Assembly: GCA_963743885.1 (NCBI GenBank)
Contig: CAVURJ010000001.1
Coordinates: 12,949-76,948 of the forward strand
Source: Candidatus Moraniibacteriota bacterium
Lineage (GTDB): Bacteria > Patescibacteriota > Minisyncoccia > Moranbacterales > UBA1568
Length of the DNA stretch: 64,000 nt
Direction: 5' to 3'
The notes under the pieces are model-generated. The model was not told the origin of the DNA and did not search any database. It saw nothing but the letters and a program-made list of their open reading frames with translations. Numbering within the stretch: the stretch's first letter is position 1; every line of letters begins with the position of its first letter. This document shows positions 59,801-64,000 of the stretch, in pieces. The position numbers and the translations under genes were made by a program.

Positions 59801-62800
59801 ATTTCGACCAGCCGATGACCGTACCGGAAGGAGCGTTCACATCATGGATTTCCGTCAGTCCTTGGCTATGCCCGACATAAACAACGTCTGCCTTGGCAGT
59901 ATCAGCCGTACCTTCCGCGTATGTTTCACGCTCAAGCACCCACATCGCGTCAGCGGTAGTCGCGACGGTTGGCGCGGTTTTAAAGGCATTCGGAAGGTTT
60001 CCGGTCGCCTCATCCCATATATCGTCAGGCCCCGCATCGTTAGCAACGGACGTTTCGATATCGTTGTAGCGCTCTATTTCAGCAAGCGTTTCATTTACGA
60101 GATAAAGCCTGCCACGACGCGTAACCCAGACCTGGTTTATATCATCCGTCGTAGCGCCATCGGCATACCGCAGCACTCTTCCTGAGGTCATGTTTATGAC
60201 TTGAGCGGCATCATCCGTCGCGACAGCGATGAAAAGGTTTCCATTAAGCGGACCACCGTTCGTCTGAGTGATGCTCGATCCATACATATTGGCGCCATGG
60301 ATATCATTGACAACGTTGCTGAATATCGAGAGCGCCGTAATCGCACCGGACGAATACGCGACAACCGTATTGCGGCTCGCAATATTCTTATCTCCGTTTG
60401 TACGATCCACAGAATCAAAATTCTGGATCCGATCGTTATAAAAGTCAATCGCATACATGCCTGTCGGCGATGATCCTTTGGTTCCGACATACACCACGCC
60501 GTTTATTCCGAACACGCTCGATGGGTCATTATTGGTATTCGTACCGAGCGCACACGGTCCAGTCACGCAGCTTCCAGCCGCATCCTGGTCGAATTTCATC
60601 CACATGCTCCCGTCTTGAGCATCGAAGATATACATTGCCGAAGTAGTCGCAACAAGAATAGCTTTCCTCGGAAAGGCTGCCCGTCCACATCGGTCATCAG
60701 TGAGCGCGCATGCATCACCAGGACCATCATCTTTCGTTTCGACATACCAACTCGCACCCTGAACAGATGGATTATTGATCCATGCTCCTCCATCGCTATC
60801 ACGAGTCGTATCGTATACGAACACTGATTGGATGTTAGCAAGCGCCGTATGGTCATTTAAGCCCTTCCGTAAATAATCACCGTACACAACAGCATCCCCC
60901 CGGCTCGTTGCGCTGCCGATTTGGAGCTTTGTCGTATTCGTTACTCCATTATAGGCGGCGATATTTTCGGTACCGATACCGACAGCCCCGTTGCCATCCA
61001 CGATAAATGGTGTCGTATCGCCAGAGGCATCATCAATACGGAGACCATTGCCTATCCCACGGTTATCTACCTTGATAGCATCATTGGCAATACCAGTATT
61101 GAGCTGCTCCACGCCGAACGTGAAGGCACTGTCCGTACCAGCAGAAGCTGGGTTGCTCACGATGATAGAATCTTGCGTCCCATCCAAAGTGATGGTCTGA
61201 TTGCCAGCCGCACCAGTATTATACGTACCGGCCAGATCAGCGCCGCTGCCACCAGCGATCGTACATTCTGTCTGGCTGCCGCTATCCGTACATGTGACAC
61301 CGGCGCCGAGGAAGGCGAGCGTGGTGCGCGAGGTGAGCGATGTCGTCTCGTCTTTGACCAGGTTGTAACCGCTCCCTACGCCGCCGACAGTCGTCCAGCC
61401 TGATCCATTGTACGTGATGAGCTGATTGCCGGCCGCATCCCAAGCAAGATAGCCTTCGCCGGACGTCGGGCTTGATGGCGAAGCAGAAGCGGCGTTCGGC
61501 AGGCGGAGACCTTGGTTAGCTGTCGTACCGTGCGTGATGAGCGCTAGATCGACAAAAGCTGCGGAAGCCGCAGAAATAGACTGGCTCGCCGAAAGGCTGA
61601 TGCCACCATTCGCCGTCAGCACACCAGCCAAAGTCAAAGCACCGGTCGAAGCGACGAAGTCGGTACCGGTGTTGCCAATGTTCGTGAGGATATTGGTATT
61701 AGCATCGATGGTACCCGAGAGCGTATGAGCACCGACCGTATCGGTCGACGCATCAAAGGTGATACCGCCGTTCGCGGCGATGGCACCAGAAGACGTAATG
61801 CCGGCTACGGCCGTAATAACACCCGAACTATCAACTTGGAAAAGATCGCCATTCCCCACAGTGAAAAGCGCTGCGGGAGTGGTATCGCCAACACCGACGT
61901 TGCCACCCGAAAGGATGGTCACTTTATCAGTATCATTCGTCTTGATAGCGAAATTATGATTAGTCGCCGTGCCGACATACCCGCCATTGGGATTCAACGA
62001 TCCAAGCTCCGTCTCTATATTCGACGAATTCTCCCTCACGACGAAGTTGACTGCAGCACCGCCACTAGCAAGGCCCTGGATATACGTCATAGCGGGATTG
62101 ACGAGCGCCTCATACGATGTCCCGGTACCAAGCACGCCAAAAGCGGCGTATCCAGCCGATGTTGTATTGATACCGACAAATCCGCCGTTGAAGACGGCAG
62201 CATAATTCGCATCCGCGCCGCTCACATTGACGTAAAGACCCGTATTGGTCGAAGTACCACCAGTATCCCCGGTCAAACTTATATACTGGCCATAATTATT
62301 AATCGTACCGCCCGTCGCGCCGGTCCGTGTAACAGTCGTGTAATCCCCGTAGGTCGTATCGGTGCCGGTCGTAACGATACCCGTATCAGAGACAGTATTG
62401 GTGGAACCATACTCCGTACCGGCAGTTGTGCTCGTCGAAGCCAGATTGAGGTCAAGGATGGCATCTGGCGTCGCATCACCGAGGCCAAGCCGGAAATTGG
62501 TATTATCCCAAAAGAACTGCCCATTATTTTGATTAAGAACACCGGAAGCCCCAGCAAAGAGGACAGAGCCCTCCGTAGCCGAGGTAATCGATCCGCCGAT
62601 ACTCATGCCTCCGCCCGAGAGTGTCGTCCACGCGGTGCCATTGTAGGTGATGAGCTGATTGCCGGCCGCATCCCAAGCAAGATAGCCTTCGCCTGAGGTT
62701 GGATTGGATGGCGTAGCTGATGCAGCGTTCGGCAAGCGGAGACCTTGATTGGCCGTCGTGCCATGCGTGACCGAAGCAAGATCGATGAACGAGGCTGCTC

Positions 62801-63998
62801 CGCCAGTGAGCGACTGGCTCGCTGCGAGACTGATGCCTCCGTTCGCCGTCAAGACACCGGCCAAGGTCAAAGCGCCGGTCGAAGCGATGAAGTCGGTGCC
62901 GGTGTTGCCGATATTCTCGAGGATATTTGTATTGGCATCAAGCGTTCCAGAGAGCGTATGAGCACCGACCGTATCGGTCGAAGCATCGAAGGTGATGCCG
63001 GCATTAGCGGCGATAGCCCCTGTGGAGGTGATGCCTACCACAGCAGCGATGGCGCCGGAAGAGTTCACCTGGAAGAGGTCGCCGCTACCGACCGTAAGGA
63101 GGGCGGCCGGGGTGCTATCGCCGATACCAGTATACCCCGTTGAAAGAATAGTAACCTTCGCAGTATTGCTCGGGCCAATCATAGTGGAATTAGCCGTACC
63201 ATTGGTAATACCATTACCAAAGGCGGACGCATTGAGAGCCGAAACAGTGTTGCCGTAACCGAAAGCCGAAGCGTTATCACTAGTGGAAGTGTTGTTTGCG
63301 CCAATCGCTATAGCATAACCGGCCGTCGTCGCAGTATTGCCATATCCTACCGCAACGGTCCGATCATATGTCGCGACGTTATTGGATCCAACAGCAGTCG
63401 CATTCGCATTCCAAGCGCTGTTACCATACCCAGCATTAAGCGCAAGACTCGTACTCCCTATACTAACCATGCCCGGACCGATAGCCACAGCTCCCCCTTG
63501 GAAACTGGCAGCATAATTCGTATCCGCCCCTGAAACGTCTACATACAAGCCGTAGTTAGTCGAAGTGCCGCCCGTATCACCAGTAACCGAGATGTATTGG
63601 CCATAATTATTGACCACAGCCGTTCCTCCTGTTCCAGTCCTCGTGACGGTGGTATAGCCGCCATACGTAGAATCAGTACCACTTGTAACAACACCGGTAT
63701 CAGAGATGGTATTCGTAAAGCTATATTCCGTACCAGCAGTCGCATTCGTCGATACCAGGTTGAGATCGAACACGGCATCCGGTGTCGTATCCCCAAGCCC
63801 GAGGCGATGATTGGCCAGGTCGTAATAGAAGGATGTATTGTCGCTGGACAGTGCTCCGTTCGTGGTTGCAAAAACGACAGACCCTACGGTCGGAGCGAAC
63901 CAGGTCGGAGCACCGGCACCGCCTGAGACGAGAGCAAGGCCGGAGTTGGCATTAGCCGCCAGGACGGAAAGGGCTGAAGCCGTAGAATAAACGATGCC
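56823..63998 (-). CDS. Giant tail-fibre/adhesin-like surface protein (5' partial) with LamG and peptidase-G2/chaperone-like domains
   Basis: Frame stays open to the window edge; GxVGIGxxxP repeats, LamG (YNDNQWHNV...LYIDG...FWDGQIDDV) and GADLAERY...IGVV...P...ALVGRVPVKV. Confidence 0.88.
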   Translation of the reverse strand, partial: GIVYSTASALSVLAANANSGLALVSGGAGAPTWFAPTVGSVVFATTNGALSSDNTSFYYDLANHRLGLGDTTPDAVFDLNLVSTNATAGTEYSFTNTISDTGVVTSGTDSTYGGYTTVTRTGTGGTAVVNNYGQYISVTGDTGGTSTNYGLYVDVSGADTNYAASFQGGAVAIGPGMVSIGSTSLALNAGYGNSAWNANATAVGSNNVATYDRTVAVGYGNTATTAGYAIAIGANNTSTSDNASAFGYGNTVSALNASAFGNGITNGTANSTMIGPSNTAKVTILSTGYTGIGDSTPAALLTVGSGDLFQVNSSGAIAAVVGITSTGAIAANAGITFDASTDTVGAHTLSGTLDANTNILENIGNTGTDFIASTGALTLAGVLTANGGISLAASQSLTGGAASFIDLASVTHGTTANQGLRLPNAASATPSNPTSGEGYLAWDAAGNQLITYNGTAWTTLSGGGMSIGGSITSATEGSVLFAGASGVLNQNNGQFFWDNTNFRLGLGDATPDAILDLNLASTSTTAGTEYGSTNTVSDTGIVTTGTDTTYGDYTTVTRTGATGGTINNYGQYISLTGDTGGTSTNTGLYVNVSGADANYAAVFNGGFVGINTTSAGYAAFGVLGTGTSYEALVNPAMTYIQGLASGGAAVNFVVRENSSNIETELGSLNPNGGYVGTATNHNFAIKTNDTDKVTILSGGNVGVGDTTPAALFTVGNGDLFQVDSSGVITAVAGITSSGAIAANGGITFDASTDTVGAHTLSGTIDANTNILTNIGNTGTDFVASTGALTLAGVLTANGGISLSASQSISAASAAFVDLALITHGTTANQGLRLPNAASASPSSPTSGEGYLAWDAAGNQLITYNGSGWTTVGGVGSGYNLVKDETTSLTSRTTLAFLGAGVTCTDSGSQTECTIAGGSGADLAGTYNTGAAGNQTITLDGTQDSIIVSNPASAGTDSAFTFGVEQLNTGIANDAIKVDNRGIGNGLRIDDASGDTTPFIVDGNGAVGIGTENIAAYNGVTNTTKLQIGSATSRGDAVVYGDYLRKGLNDHTALANIQSVFVYDTTRDSDGGAWINNPSVQGASWYVETKDDGPGDACALTDDRCGRAAFPRKAILVATTSAMYIFDAQDGSMWMKFDQDAAGSCVTGPCALGTNTNNDPSSVFGINGVVYVGTKGSSPTGMYAIDFYNDRIQNFDSVDRTNGDKNIASRNTVVAYSSGAITALSIFSNVVNDIHGANMYGSSITQTNGGPLNGNLFIAVATDDAAQVINMTSGRVLRYADGATTDDINQVWVTRRGRLYLVNETLAEIERYNDIETSVANDAGPDDIWDEATGNLPNAFKTAPTVATTADAMWVLERETYAEGTADTAKADVVYVGHSQGLTEIHDVNAPSGTVIGWSKFYDTNRITPYMSGTPRGMFSFNETTGDLVDSTIRNSVLEPEVAPTYGVNGVRGTGLSFNGTSQFLCSDANNDGTCDVDTDFDTAAISFHVSLWFKHPTAMAGTDVLVDKRYPTLGGAEGIGYTIEMSSTGNIIFGIQDTAATAAYDDSVTSTLAYNDNQWHNVTAVNTDAALCLYIDGRLAVACDTTLAATATLSGNILTIGADGSGAAGGNFWDGQIDDVYFAGGGATTSDTLTQAQARRMYNDGVQALRHSSVRVTDATTATSTTIGDSGEAWVLNQFAGSIVEITSDTGVGQTRRVTGNTATTLTVSPAFSTTPDTTSDFEIIPEQLYGSSNTVTSVAVTDTNFLGKMRERYVGTSDGADGGGVSVFQGYGSGYITDVFHGDSEKTDDGGTEWTGTDFDDVTSISVAEDAVVFGSLAGVWIGREDESFDQSIDQIITNIDSIQKELLVDGLLGTSPDTGVLGGADLAERYYSNESLEAGELVSVDTSLDAGVKRTTGAYQRDVIGVVATQPGIILGTEAENSYPIALVGRVPVKVTNQNGWPAAGERLTASTVSGYAMRATQAGRVIGQVLNDPVPGDFAQCPIEYGLGEDALCGTAMVFVNLADYSGMPVELAMQQKESLDQAGIVSDASADAAVSGLDAGDAASIRLAAAEPTKEEKILAFLKTVRDENEKKNMAPSEIFTGRVAASDEVITPTLYADQIFAKSIKADSIEGLQIFTDQIGSLEEKYAGLEAAAGAQNGSSEAASVVKEQLSIAMKKLSVDSFVVQMDGSILGKLSVAGALRIGGDAEFAGETVFSKLASFIGDAVFSGKTTFEQAPTFGSDTAGFAVIKKGERKVRVPFGTAYERQPIVAVSMTNDVSPLLDDEADKDLRADIALVEQEYLDTVFAADMKYIVTEKGKDGFTIVLNQKAPADLRFSWVAVAVKKANVSVSEEEKETEEADQIVPLPAVDTTVPGPAPFVEESAPSVEVPNTEVGATTEVLPAEPAL

Positions 63999-64000
63999 TC

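Noticed and set aside
61385-63130. DGR template/variable repeat pair
   Set aside because: Both copies are in frame in one ORF, and differences are spread over all bases rather than being adenine-specific.
56823-63998. Prophage tail gene
   Set aside because: No capsid, terminase, portal or integrase nearby; the neighbours are pilin and envelope genes.

Overview
Bacterial chromosomal segment, most consistent with Patescibacteria/CPR (Parcubacteria-like). This placement is inferred from gene content, not searched. Housekeeping and transport genes: rpoD, dnaG, rsgA, murJ, a pseudouridine synthase, zur-znuACB, MarR-RND efflux, a heavy-metal P-type ATPase, SulP and a minimal NiFe-hydrogenase locus. 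Surface genes: two giant proteins (Kelch/FN3, and a tail-fibre-like protein running off the right end) and a type IV pilin. The most notable content is a layer of small selfish or cassette-like elements. (1) A tRNA-Asn(GTT) is split inside its anticodon by a 542-nt group I intron carrying an HNH endonuclease. (2) A PaaX/Cas2-like gene is bracketed by two near-identical 38-40-bp palindromes. (3) A four-helix-bundle gene is bracketed by inverted 5x repeat arrays, with an apparently empty copy of that layout and many 7-bp-periodic tracts at gene ends. (4) A 114-bp in-frame hairpin insertion duplicates the GFT cleavage motif in the pilin leader. (5) An integrase-less 2.2-kb islet is flanked by an exact 60-bp duplication of a gene 3' end. 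(6) An AT-rich protease/HTH/Schlafen islet lies next to the tRNA. (7) A promoter- and terminator-delimited ~130-nt ncRNA looks 6S-like. No CRISPR array or rRNA was seen. All family assignments come from motif recognition by eye.
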